Source: Alphaproteobacteria bacterium (GTDB lineage: Bacteria > Pseudomonadota > Alphaproteobacteria > SP197). From it: a DNA stretch of 41,708 nucleotides. The number at the start of each line of letters is the position of its first letter. Within the stretch, counting starts at the first letter, position 1. A program made the translations under genes and the position numbers. The notes beneath the pieces were generated by a model, which was not told the origin of the DNA, ran no database searches, and was given only the letters and a program-made list of their open reading frames with translations. The stretch spans positions 8,958 to 50,665 of the forward strand of contig JBBDQV010000046.1 of assembly GCA_040905845.1 (NCBI GenBank), in the 5' to 3' direction. Shown one piece after another: positions 17,700 through 26,518 of this stretch.

Positions 17700-18893
17700 G
17701 TGAAGATCAAGGACGTCGAGACGTTCGTCGTCGGCAACCCGCCGCCCCACTTCGGCGGGCGCTACTTCATCTTCGTCAAGCTCGTCACCGACACCGGCAT
17801 CGTCGGCTACGGCGAAGTCTACGTCGCGACGTTCGGCCCGCGCACCGTCGCGCGCATGATCGAGGACGTCTGCGCCCGCCACGTCGTGGGCCGCGATCCG
17901 TTCCGCATCGAGACGATGTGGCGCAACGTCTACGGCCGAGGCTATTCGCAGCGCCCGGACATCTCGCTCGTCGGCGTCCTGAGCGGCATCGAGATCGCGT
18001 GTTGGGACATCGTCGGCAAGGCCTTAGGCAAGCCGATCTACGAGCTGCTCGGTGGCAAGGTCCACGAGCGGCTGCGCTCGTACACGTACATCTACCCCGA
18101 CCACGACCGGGGCGAGGACGCCGGCATCTACGCCGACCCCGACCTGTCGGCGGCGCGCGCGGCGGAATACGTGGCGCAGGGCTTCACGGCGGTCAAGTTC
18201 GACCCGGCCGGCGCCTACGGCACGTTCGATCCGCGCCAGCCGAGCCTGGAGCGGCTCGAGCTCTCGGCCCGCTTCTGCCGGAGGATTCGCGAGGCGGTGG
18301 GCACCAAGGCGGATCTCCTGTTCGGCACCCACGGCCAGTTCACGGCCTCGGGCGCGATCCGGCTCGCCAAGCGGCTCGAACCCTACGACCCGCTCTGGTT
18401 CGAGGAGCCGACGCCGCCCGAGATGCCCGAGGAGATGGCGCTGGTGGCGCGCCAGACTTCGATTCCGATCGCGACCGGCGAACGGCTGACGACCAAGTAC
18501 GAGTTCGCGCGCGTGCTCGAGCTGAGGGCGGCGTCGATCCTCCAGATGGCGCTCGGGCGCGTCGGCGGGATCCTGGAGGCGAAGAAGATCGCCGGCATGG
18601 CCGAGGCCCACTACGCCCAGATCGCGCCGCATCTCTATTGCGGGCCGATCGAAGGCGCGGCCAACGCCCAGCTCGCCGCGTGCAGCCCGAACTTCCTGAT
18701 CCTCGAGAGCATCCAGTCCTGGGGCGGCTTCCACTCGGACATCTTGAAGAAACCCATGCGCTGGGAGGGGGGCTACGTCATCCCGCCGACCGAGCCGGGG
18801 CTCGGTGTCGAGCTGAACGAAGCGGTGGCGCGCGCCCACCCCTACGACGGCGACGAGCTGCACCTCGAATCCGCCGAAGTACCGATCGACTGA
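17700..18893 (+). CDS. Mandelate racemase/muconate-lactonizing enzyme (enolase superfamily, galactonate-dehydratase-like)
   Basis: GIEIACWDIVGK..GKPIYELLGG, WFEEP, ATGER, APH, PGLGVE. Confidence 0.9.
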   Translation: MKIKDVETFVVGNPPPHFGGRYFIFVKLVTDTGIVGYGEVYVATFGPRTVARMIEDVCARHVVGRDPFRIETMWRNVYGRGYSQRPDISLVGVLSGIEIACWDIVGKALGKPIYELLGGKVHERLRSYTYIYPDHDRGEDAGIYADPDLSAARAAEYVAQGFTAVKFDPAGAYGTFDPRQPSLERLELSARFCRRIREAVGTKADLLFGTHGQFTASGAIRLAKRLEPYDPLWFEEPTPPEMPEEMALVARQTSIPIATGERLTTKYEFARVLELRAASILQMALGRVGGILEAKKIAGMAEAHYAQIAPHLYCGPIEGAANAQLAACSPNFLILESIQSWGGFHSDILKKPMRWEGGYVIPPTEPGLGVELNEAVARAHPYDGDELHLESAEVPID

Positions 18894-18903
18894 GAGACGA
18901 GCG

Positions 18904-19824
18904 ATGCGCTACGGGTTCATCGGCCTCGGCAACCTCGGGGCCCACCTCGCCGCGAGCCTAGCGCGCGGCGGTTTCGCCGTGACAGTCTGCGATCTCGACA
19001 AGGCGCGGGCCGCGCCCTTGATCGCGGCGGGCGCCGCGTGGGCCGCGACGCCGAAGGCCGCGGCGCAAGCATCCGACGCCGTGATCACCTGCCTGCCGTC
19101 GCCGGCCGCCGCAGCCGCGGTGGGCGCCGGCCGCGACGGCATCCTTGATGGTCTCGCCGCCGGTGGCGCCTGGATCGAGATGAGCACCAACGACGGGGCC
19201 GAGATCAAGCGGCTCGCCGCGCTCGCCGAGGCCAAGGGGATCGCCACGCTCGAGGCACCCGTGACCGGCGGCGTTCATCGCGCCGCGGCCGGCGCGATCA
19301 CGGTCCTGGTCGGCGGCGACGACGCGGTGTTCGCGCGCCACAGGCCGGCGTTCGAGGCCATGGGCGGCGCGATCTTCCACATGGGACCGCTGGGCAGCGC
19401 GTCGGTGATCAAGGTCATCACCAACATGCTTGCCTTCATCCACCTGGTGGCGGCGGGCGAGGCGCTGATGCTCGCCAAGCGAGGAAACATCGACCTCGCC
19501 CAGGCGTTCGCGGCGATCAAGGCGAGCTCGGGCACCAGCTTCGTCCACGAGACCGAGAGCCAGCTCGTGCTCAACGGCAGCTACAACATCGGCTTCACCA
19601 TGGACCTGGCGCTCAAGGACCTCGGGTTCGCCATGAAGCTCGGCCGCGACTTTGGCGTTCCGCTCGAGCTCGCCAGTTTGACCGAGCAGACCTTCGTGCG
19701 CGCGAAGTCGCAGTACGGCGGCGGCGCGTGGTCGACCCAGGTGGTCAAGCTGCTCGAGGACGCGCTCGGCACCGACCTGCGCGCGCCCGGCTTCCCCGCG
19801 GTGCTCGGCCCCGAGGACGCCTAG
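18904..19824 (+). CDS. Beta-hydroxyacid (3-hydroxyisobutyrate) dehydrogenase family protein
   Basis: GFIGLGNLG, EAPVTGG, catalytic Lys in KVITN, FTMDLALKDL. The stop TAG belongs to repeat copy 3. Confidence 0.88.
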   Translation: MRYGFIGLGNLGAHLAASLARGGFAVTVCDLDKARAAPLIAAGAAWAATPKAAAQASDAVITCLPSPAAAAAVGAGRDGILDGLAAGGAWIEMSTNDGAEIKRLAALAEAKGIATLEAPVTGGVHRAAAGAITVLVGGDDAVFARHRPAFEAMGGAIFHMGPLGSASVIKVITNMLAFIHLVAAGEALMLAKRGNIDLAQAFAAIKASSGTSFVHETESQLVLNGSYNIGFTMDLALKDLGFAMKLGRDFGVPLELASLTEQTFVRAKSQYGGGAWSTQVVKLLEDALGTDLRAPGFPAVLGPEDA

Positions 19825-19960
19825 AGCAGCATCCGGTCGAGTGGCATCGCCTCCGGCGATCCGCCGACCGGATAAAGCTGCTCTAGCCTCTTGAAAACTA
19901 GAGCAACTTTATCCGATCAGATGGAACCCGATGGTTCCATCTGATCGGATGTTGCTCTAG
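19821..19960 (+). repeat. CTAG-bounded double-hairpin intergenic repeat, copy 3
   Basis: CTAGAGCAGCATCCGGTCG...CGACCGGATAAAGCTGCTCTAG, linker, CTAGAGCAAC...GTTGCTCTAG; lies between convergent genes. Confidence 0.92.
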
Positions 19961-19964
19961 CCGA

Positions 19965-20708
19965 TCAGGGCGCCGCGAGCAAACCGCCGTCCGCCACCAG
20001 CGAGACGCCGTTGACGAAGCCGGCGTCGTCCGACAGCAGGAACGCCACCACCGAAGCGATGTCCTCGGGCGTGCCCAGGCGGCCCAACGGGTGGCTGCGG
20101 GTGAAGGTCGCCTCGAGCGTGGTGTCCGCTTCGAAAAAGGGCTGTAGCATCGGCGTCCGGACGTAGCCGGGATGGACCGCGTTGACGCGAACGGGCAGGT
20201 TCCGGCGCGCGCAATGGAGCGCGGCGGACTTCGTGAGCAGCCAGACGCCACCCTTGCTCGCGCAGTACGCGACGGCATCGGCATCGCCCACATTGGCGTT
20301 GATCGACGCGATGTTGACGATCGACCCGCCGGCCGTCATCCGCGCGATGCCGTGCTTGGTGCCGAGAAACACGCCGTCGAGGTTGACGCCCATCACGAAG
20401 TCCCAGACCTCGCGCGTGCAGCGTTCGAGGGTGTCGTCGGCGTGGGCGACCCCGGCGGCGTTGACGAGCCCGTCGATCGCGCCGCGTCGCCGTTGGGTGG
20501 TATCGAGCGCCGCCGACCACGCCGCCTCGTCGCGCACGTCCAGGCGCTGGAAATCGGCGGACTTGCCGATCTCGGCGACAACGGCGCGACCTACCGCCTC
20601 GTCAACGTCGGCGACGACCACGCTGGCGCCCTCGGCGGCCATGCGCCGCGCGCAGGCGGCGCCGATCCCTGAGGCGCCGCCGGTGACGACGATGACCTTG
20701 CCCTCCAT
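19965..20708 (-). CDS. Classical SDR oxidoreductase (likely NAD-preferring)
   Basis: TGGASGIG, NAAG, YCASK, NAVHPG; Asp at the end of beta2 (VADVD). Confidence 0.92.
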   Translation of the reverse strand: MEGKVIVVTGGASGIGAACARRMAAEGASVVVADVDEAVGRAVVAEIGKSADFQRLDVRDEAAWSAALDTTQRRRGAIDGLVNAAGVAHADDTLERCTREVWDFVMGVNLDGVFLGTKHGIARMTAGGSIVNIASINANVGDADAVAYCASKGGVWLLTKSAALHCARRNLPVRVNAVHPGYVRTPMLQPFFEADTTLEATFTRSHPLGRLGTPEDIASVVAFLLSDDAGFVNGVSLVADGGLLAAP

Positions 20709-20724
20709 GTCCGCCCTTCCCGAC

Positions 20725-21492
20725 TCAGGCCGTCGCCGCGCCGTCGACGACGTACTCGGCGCCGGTGACCAGCGCCGAATCGTCCGAGACGAGGAACGCG
20801 ATCATCGCGGCCACGTCCTCTGGTTTGCCGAACTCACCCGTGGGCTGGCCCTTGCGCCAGGCGCGCTCGACCTTCTCCGGATCGTCCCGTTCGGCGAAGT
20901 AGTTCCTGACCATCGGCGTCTCGATGACGCCGGGATGGACGGAATTGCAGCGCACCTGGGGCGTGCGCCGGGCACCTTCGAGCGCGATCGCCTTGGTGAG
21001 CGAGCGCACCGCTCCCTTGCTCGCGCCATACGACATCAGTTCCGGCGTGCCGACCAAGCCGGCGATCGACGAGATGTTGACGATGGCGCCGCCGCCGCGC
21101 GCCATCGCCGGCATCGCGACCCGGCAGCCCAGGAACGTGCCGTAGAGGTTCACGTCCATCATGCGGCGCCAGCCGGCGAGCGTCGCGTCCTCGATCGTGT
21201 CGTGGGCGAGGACGCCGGCGGCGTTGACCAGGGCGTTGAGCCCGCCGAACCGCTGCTCGGCCAGCGCGACCGCGCCGTGCCACTCGTCCTCGCGGGTGAC
21301 GTCGTGGACCATGGTGACGACGGCGAGGCCCGCTTCCTTGGCCAGTCCGGCGAGGCCGCGCCCGGCGACGTCGGTCGCGACGACCCGAGCGCCTTCGGCG
21401 ACGAGCCGCAAGGCCGTCGCGTGGCCGATGCCCGAGGCCGCGCCGGTCACCAGCACGACCCGATCGACGAACCGGTGCTTCGCGCTCGCCAC
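20725..21492 (-). CDS. Classical SDR oxidoreductase (likely NAD-preferring)
   Basis: TGAASGIG, NAAG, YGASK, NSVHPG; GTG 21492 preceded by GAAGGAGG. Confidence 0.92.
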   Translation of the reverse strand: MASAKHRFVDRVVLVTGAASGIGHATALRLVAEGARVVATDVAGRGLAGLAKEAGLAVVTMVHDVTREDEWHGAVALAEQRFGGLNALVNAAGVLAHDTIEDATLAGWRRMMDVNLYGTFLGCRVAMPAMARGGGAIVNISSIAGLVGTPELMSYGASKGAVRSLTKAIALEGARRTPQVRCNSVHPGVIETPMVRNYFAERDDPEKVERAWRKGQPTGEFGKPEDVAAMIAFLVSDDSALVTGAEYVVDGAATA

Positions 21493-21573
21493 CCCGCCTC
21501 CTTCGCCTCGGGCGCACATTGCCGGATCGCGCACGCGACGGGAAGAGGTCTAATGGTAATCTTATTTGTAAAC

Positions 21574-21694
21574 CCGTTCGTCCTGAGTAGGCCGTAAGGG
21601 CGGTGTCTAAGGGCTAACGGCGTCACGAACTCCGTTCGTGGAACCCTTCGACCGCCGCTTCGCGGCGCTCAGGGCGAACGGATTTCGTGACGCC
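21574..21694. repeat. REP-like inverted dyad (CCTGAG/CCTTCGA family)
   Basis: CCGTTCGTCCTGAG (21574-21587) and CTCAGGGCGAACGG (21668-21681) match 13/14 as inverted repeats. 21619-21638 and 21675-21694 match 19/20 as inverted repeats. Inner hairpin CGCCGC-TTC-GCGGCG. Confidence 0.75.
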
Positions 21695-21809
21695 TTACCA
21701 AATGCGATCGCCCTGGAAGAGGTCTCTGCCGGCTTTGACTTCGTCGAGCGAGTCGTCGATCCTCGCCGCCGACTGAACGACACATCCTCGGCCGGTACGG
21801 GACCCCGCG

Positions 21810-22211
21810 ATGATCGATGCCGGCGCGGCGATCCGCGCCTACTGCGCCGCGTTCGCCGCGCGCGACGCGGACTCCATCGTGGCTCTGTTCGCGGAGCGCG
21901 GGCTTTACGAGATGCCGCTCCTGCGCACGCGCATGGTCGGGTCCGCCGAGATTGCGGCCGGCCTCGCGCGCGCCTTCGCGATCATGACGGCGTGCTCGAT
22001 CGAGCTCCAGCGGGTACGGGCGAACGGGGCAACCGCGCTCGCCGAGGGCACCATGACCGCCACGGTCGCGCGCGAGCCTAGGCCGATGACCGCGCCGTTC
22101 GCGCTCGTCGCCGCCATGGCGGGCGATCGCGTCGGCCGGCTTTCGGTCTACCTCGACGCGCGGCCCCACCGGCTGTGGTCGGACGGGTCCGTGCTGGCGC
22201 TCGGTCGATGA
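21810..22211 (+). CDS. NTF2/SnoaL-like protein
   Basis: 133 aa with the SnoaL-type pattern RAYCAAFAARDADSIVALFAE...G...AEG...GDRVGRLSVYLD. Confidence 0.8.
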   Translation: MIDAGAAIRAYCAAFAARDADSIVALFAERGLYEMPLLRTRMVGSAEIAAGLARAFAIMTACSIELQRVRANGATALAEGTMTATVAREPRPMTAPFALVAAMAGDRVGRLSVYLDARPHRLWSDGSVLALGR

Positions 22212-23698
22212 GTCCCGCCGATCTCCTGCGCGCCTACTGCAGGGCTTTCGCCGCGCGCGACGTGGCGACGATCGAGAGTCTTTTCGCCGAGGACGCGGTC
22301 TGCGACATACCCTTGCTCGACGAGCGGCTCGTCGGCCGCGCCCACGTCGTGCGCGAGATCGCGACCGCGATTCGGGGCCTGCGGGGCATCCGGGTCGAGC
22401 TCGGCGCGATCGTCGAGGGCGACGATGACGCCATGGCCGAGGGCCTGTTCTTCGGCGCACTCGTCGGGCACCCGGCCCAGGTGGACGGCACGCCGGCGCG
22501 CACCGACTTCCGGTTCGTCGCGGTCGTCGAGGCGCCGGACGGCAAGATCGCCCGCCTGTCGGAGTACTTCGACACCAAGCCGCTCAAGCCGTGGCAGCGG
22601 CAGCGGCTGTTCAACCACGCGGTCCGCCAGTCGCCCTACTGGGAAAGCTCGGTCCGCGCCGGGGCGGTCGAGTTCATGGCCTACAACCACATGACGTTTC
22701 CGATCGTCTACGGCCGCACGATGGCCGAGGAGTACGTCGCGCTGACCGAGCGGGTGACCTTGTGGGACGTCGGCTGCGAGCGTCAGACCGAGCTCCGCGG
22801 GCCGGACGCGCTCCGCCTCGCCGACTACCTCGCGAGCCGCGACCTCTCGAAGCTCGAATTGGGCGCGTGCCGCTACGCCTACGTCTGCGACCCGGACGGC
22901 CGGATCATCTGCGATCCGGTCATCCTGCGCCCCTGGCCGGACGTCGTGTGGCTGTCCCACGGCATGGCCGATCTGACGCTGTGGGCCAGGGGCATCGCGC
23001 TCGAGGGCGGCTGGGACGTGGCGGTTTCGGAGCCCGACGTGGCGCCCCTCCAGGTCCAGGGGCCGCACTCGGCCGACATGCTGCGTGGCCTCGTCGAGGC
23101 ACCGATCGACGCGCTCAAGTTCTACCGCTGCACCGTGACCAAGGTGGCGGGCATCGACGCCGTGGTCTCGCGCACGGGCTGGAGCGGCGCGCTGGGGTTC
23201 GAGATCTTCCCGCTCGGCTCGGCCCGCGCGATCGAGCTGTGGGACGCGCTGATCGAGGCCGGTCGGCCCCACGGGCTGGTCGTCACCGGGCCCGTGGTCC
23301 ACCGGGCCGTTGAGCGCAATGTCACCGACACGGCGTACGCGACCAACTCCGGCATGAACCCCTACGAGGCCGGCGGCGAGCGCATGGTCGATCTGGACGC
23401 CGGCGACTTCATCGGCCGCGACGCGCTCGCGCGCATCAGGCGCAAGGGCGCGAGGCGCCGGACGGTCGGGCTGTTCATCGACGGCGACCTGCCACGACTC
23501 GAATGGCACTGGCCGCTCACCGACGCGCGCGGCAAGCCGGGCGTCGTGCGCTGGGCCGCCCACTCCTTCGCGCTCGACCGCGCCGTCGGCATCGCGCTGG
23601 TCGACGCGGCCGTCGCCGAGGGCGAACGGGTCCGCATTGATCATCCCGGCGGCGGTGCATGGGCATCAGTCACAACCCTGCCGTTCGTCGAGGCCTGA
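22208..23698 (+). CDS. Fusion of an N-terminal NTF2/SnoaL domain to a GcvT/DmdA-like THF-dependent (amino)methyltransferase
   Basis: ATGA overlap with the upstream stop. Residues ~1-125 are SnoaL-like; these are followed by [61 protein letters not shown] and C-terminal LPF. Confidence 0.85.
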   Translation: MSPADLLRAYCRAFAARDVATIESLFAEDAVCDIPLLDERLVGRAHVVREIATAIRGLRGIRVELGAIVEGDDDAMAEGLFFGALVGHPAQVDGTPARTDFRFVAVVEAPDGKIARLSEYFDTKPLKPWQRQRLFNHAVRQSPYWESSVRAGAVEFMAYNHMTFPIVYGRTMAEEYVALTERVTLWDVGCERQTELRGPDALRLADYLASRDLSKLELGACRYAYVCDPDGRIICDPVILRPWPDVVWLSHGMADLTLWARGIALEGGWDVAVSEPDVAPLQVQGPHSADMLRGLVEAPIDALKFYRCTVTKVAGIDAVVSRTGWSGALGFEIFPLGSARAIELWDALIEAGRPHGLVVTGPVVHRAVERNVTDTAYATNSGMNPYEAGGERMVDLDAGDFIGRDALARIRRKGARRRTVGLFIDGDLPRLEWHWPLTDARGKPGVVRWAAHSFALDRAVGIALVDAAVAEGERVRIDHPGGGAWASVTTLPFVEA

Positions 23699-23762
23699 GC
23701 CGAAGGACTCGGCTTTCGGCCCGTCCCGTGCTACCGGAAGGCGATCCGCGGAGCTCCAACTC

Positions 23763-25175
23763 ATGCCCCGTCGCCCGCCCAAGGTCGGGATCGTCAGCCT
23801 CGGCTGCCCCAAGGCGCTGGTCGATACCGAGCGCATCGTCACGCACCTGCGCGCCGAGGGCTACGCCTTTTCGGCCGACTACAGGGGCGCTGACGTCGTT
23901 CTCGTCAACACCTGCGGGTTCCTCGACAGCGCGCGCCGGGAATCGCTCGATGCCATCGGCGAGGCGCTGGCCGAGAACGGCCGCGTCGTCGTCACCGGCT
24001 GCCTGGGCGCCGAGGCCGACCTGATCCGGCGGCATCATCCGGGCGTGCTCGCCGTGACCGGGCCGCACCAGTACGAAGCGGTCGTGGCGGCGATCCACGC
24101 CGTGCGCCCGCCGGCGCACGATCCGTTCATGGACCTGGTGCCGCCCGAAGGCATTAGGCTCACGCCGCGCCACTACGCCTACCTCAAGATCGCAGAGGGC
24201 TGCCACAACCGCTGCACCTTCTGCATCATCCCGAAGCTGCGCGGCGACCTGGTCAGCCGGCCGGCGGCCGAGGTCGTGCGCGAGGCCGAGCTTCTGGTCG
24301 CCGCCGGCGCCAAGGAGCTGCTCGTCGTGTCGCAGGACACCGGCGCCTACGGGCTCGACTTGCGCCATGCGTCGAGCACCTGGCGCGGGCGCGAGATCCG
24401 CGCCCATGTGGTCGACCTTGCGCGTGCGCTAGGGCGTCTTGGCGCTTGGGTCCGGCTGCACTACGTCTACCCCTATCCCCACGTCGACGACCTGATTCCG
24501 CTGATGGTCGAGGGCGCCGTGCTGCCCTATCTCGACATCCCCTTCCAGCACGCGAGCCCGCGCGTGCTCAAGGCCATGCGGCGGCCGGCCAACACCGACA
24601 AGACGCTCGCGCGGCTCGCAGGCTGGCGGGCCGCGGTGCCCGACCTCACCGTGCGCTCGACGTTCATCGTCGGGTTCCCCGGCGAGACCGACGAGGACTT
24701 CGAGACCTTGCTCGCGTGGCTCGAGACGGCCCGGATCGATCGGGTCGGCTGCTTCAAGTACGAGCCCGTCGCCGGGGCCGTCGCCAACGACCTCGCCGAG
24801 GCGGTGCCCGAGCCGGTCAAGCGGGAGCGCTACGATCGTCTGATGCAGGCGCAGCAGCGCATCAGCGCGGAGCGGCTCGCGCGCAAGGTCGGCCGCGTCG
24901 TCGACGTCATCGTCGATACGGCCGGGCCGGAGGGAGCCAAGGGCCGCACAATGGGCGACGCGCCCGAGATCGACGGCACGGTTCACCTCGCGGTCGGCGC
25001 GCGCCTGAGGCCGGGCGCCGTCGTCAGGGCGCGCATCGAGCGCGCCGACGCCTACGACCTGTGGGGCGCGCTCGCGGGCGACGCGAAATCCGCCTTCGAA
25101 GTCGCCACCAGTCAGCAGGCGGCCGCGAGGTCTCGCTCGTCGGCTCGAGGCAGGGCCGAGAGGTCGTCAAGGTAG
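23763..25175 (+). CDS. rimO: Ribosomal protein S12 methylthiotransferase RimO
   Basis: [19 protein letters not shown], radical-SAM [25 protein letters not shown] domain (DAPEIDG). ATG at 23763. Confidence 0.95.
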   Translation: MPRRPPKVGIVSLGCPKALVDTERIVTHLRAEGYAFSADYRGADVVLVNTCGFLDSARRESLDAIGEALAENGRVVVTGCLGAEADLIRRHHPGVLAVTGPHQYEAVVAAIHAVRPPAHDPFMDLVPPEGIRLTPRHYAYLKIAEGCHNRCTFCIIPKLRGDLVSRPAAEVVREAELLVAAGAKELLVVSQDTGAYGLDLRHASSTWRGREIRAHVVDLARALGRLGAWVRLHYVYPYPHVDDLIPLMVEGAVLPYLDIPFQHASPRVLKAMRRPANTDKTLARLAGWRAAVPDLTVRSTFIVGFPGETDEDFETLLAWLETARIDRVGCFKYEPVAGAVANDLAEAVPEPVKRERYDRLMQAQQRISAERLARKVGRVVDVIVDTAGPEGAKGRTMGDAPEIDGTVHLAVGARLRPGAVVRARIERADAYDLWGALAGDAKSAFEVATSQQAAARSRSSARGRAERSSR

Positions 25176-26518
25176 CGCTCGCGCCAAACATCGACCGTGT
25201 TGGCCTCGAGCCTCGCCAGCATCGCGCGCCAGCGCTCGCGCCGATCGACGATCGGCATGGACAACGCATCGTGCAGAGCGTTTCCGACCGCGTCGATGTC
25301 GTGAGGGTTGACGATGATGGCGCCGGTCAGCTCGCGTGACGCGCCCGCGAAGCGCGATAGGACCAATACGCCCGGGTCGGCCGGGTCCTGCGCCGCGACG
25401 TATTCCTTCGCGACCAGGTTCATGCCGTCGCGAAGAGGAGTGACGAAGCCCACCCGCGCCATGCGATAGAGCCCCGCCAACGTAGTGCGCGGCAGGCTGC
25501 GGTTGAGGTAGTGGACGGGCACCCAACCGACCTCGCCGAACTTCCCGTTGACTCGGCCCGCCGCGGCGTCGATCTCGCGCCGCAGCGCTCTGTACTGCGC
25601 GACCTCGCCGCGCGACACCGGCGCGATCTGCATGAACGTGATCTTGGCCCGATGCTCCGGGTGCGACTCGAGCAACGCACCGAACGCGGCAATCTTCTCG
25701 AACAGCCCCTTGCTGTAGTCGAGCCGGTCAACGCCGAGGATGAGCGAGCGCTCGCCCAAGCTGCCCCTTAGCCGCACGACCTCAGGGCCGCCGCGCGACT
25801 TCTTCGCCATCGCGACGAACGATGCGGTGTCGATCCCGACCGGGTGCGCCGCCACCTTGACGCGCCGCTCGAACGCGACGCAGTTGCCGCCGGGGCCCAT
25901 CACGCCGCCCAGCTCGTCGGTGATGTAGCGACGGAACGAGCGTACGTCGGCGGGCGTTTGCAGCCCGAGCAGATCGCTGGCGAACAGCCCACGCACCAGA
26001 TCGGCGTGGTGCGGCGCCATGGTCAGGATCTCCGGCGGCGGGAAGGGGGTATGCAGGAACTGCCCAATCCGGTTGCCGACGCCGATCCGCCGAAGCTCCT
26101 CGGCGAGGAAGAGAAAGTGATAGTCGTGGACCCAGACGTCGTCGTCGCTTCGGAGCAGGGGCTTGAGCGCCTGGGCCATCGCCCGGTTGACGCGTCGGTA
26201 GCCCTCATAGGTTTCGGGGCGGAACTCGGCACGCCCGAGACGGTAGTGGAACAGTGGCCACAACGTGCCGTTGGCGTAGCCGATGTAATAATCGGCATGG
26301 TCCTTCGGTGTCAGGTCGACGGTCGCGTAGCTGATCGCTCCCGACTTGACCACCCGTGGCTCGAACCGAGCGTCATCCGCAACCTCGCCGCTCCAGCCGA
26401 ACCACAGGCCGCCATGCCGCTGCAGCGCCTCGCGCAGCGCGATCGCGACTCCCCCGGCCTGAGCGGTCTGACCGCGCGGCATCGCAACGCGGTTGGAAAC
26501 GATCACCAACCGCGCCAA
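25112..26518 (-). CDS. otsA: Trehalose-6-phosphate synthase (GT20)
   Basis: [55 protein letters not shown]; TTG start at 26518 preceded by GGAGGA. Confidence 0.95.
   Translation of the reverse strand: MARLVIVSNRVAMPRGQTAQAGGVAIALREALQRHGGLWFGWSGEVADDARFEPRVVKSGAISYATVDLTPKDHADYYIGYANGTLWPLFHYRLGRAEFRPETYEGYRRVNRAMAQALKPLLRSDDDVWVHDYHFLFLAEELRRIGVGNRIGQFLHTPFPPPEILTMAPHHADLVRGLFASDLLGLQTPADVRSFRRYITDELGGVMGPGGNCVAFERRVKVAAHPVGIDTASFVAMAKKSRGGPEVVRLRGSLGERSLILGVDRLDYSKGLFEKIAAFGALLESHPEHRAKITFMQIAPVSRGEVAQYRALRREIDAAAGRVNGKFGEVGWVPVHYLNRSLPRTTLAGLYRMARVGFVTPLRDGMNLVAKEYVAAQDPADPGVLVLSRFAGASRELTGAIIVNPHDIDAVGNALHDALSMPIVDRRERWRAMLARLEANTVDVWRERYLDDLSALPRADERDLAAAC

Noticed and set aside
6385-19960. 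Palindromic repeats as a CRISPR array or tRNA
   Set aside because: The copies are dispersed kilobases apart, with no repeat-spacer periodicity, no cas genes and no cloverleaf or T-loop consensus.
21638-22081. 147-aa ORF starting inside the 21.6-kb repeat
   Set aside because: It begins in repeat DNA and overlaps the NTF2 gene out of frame; no motifs.
22208-23698. Naming this gene gcvT or dmdA
   Set aside because: No gcvH/gcvP neighbours, an extra N-terminal domain, and substrate specificity cannot be read from motifs alone.
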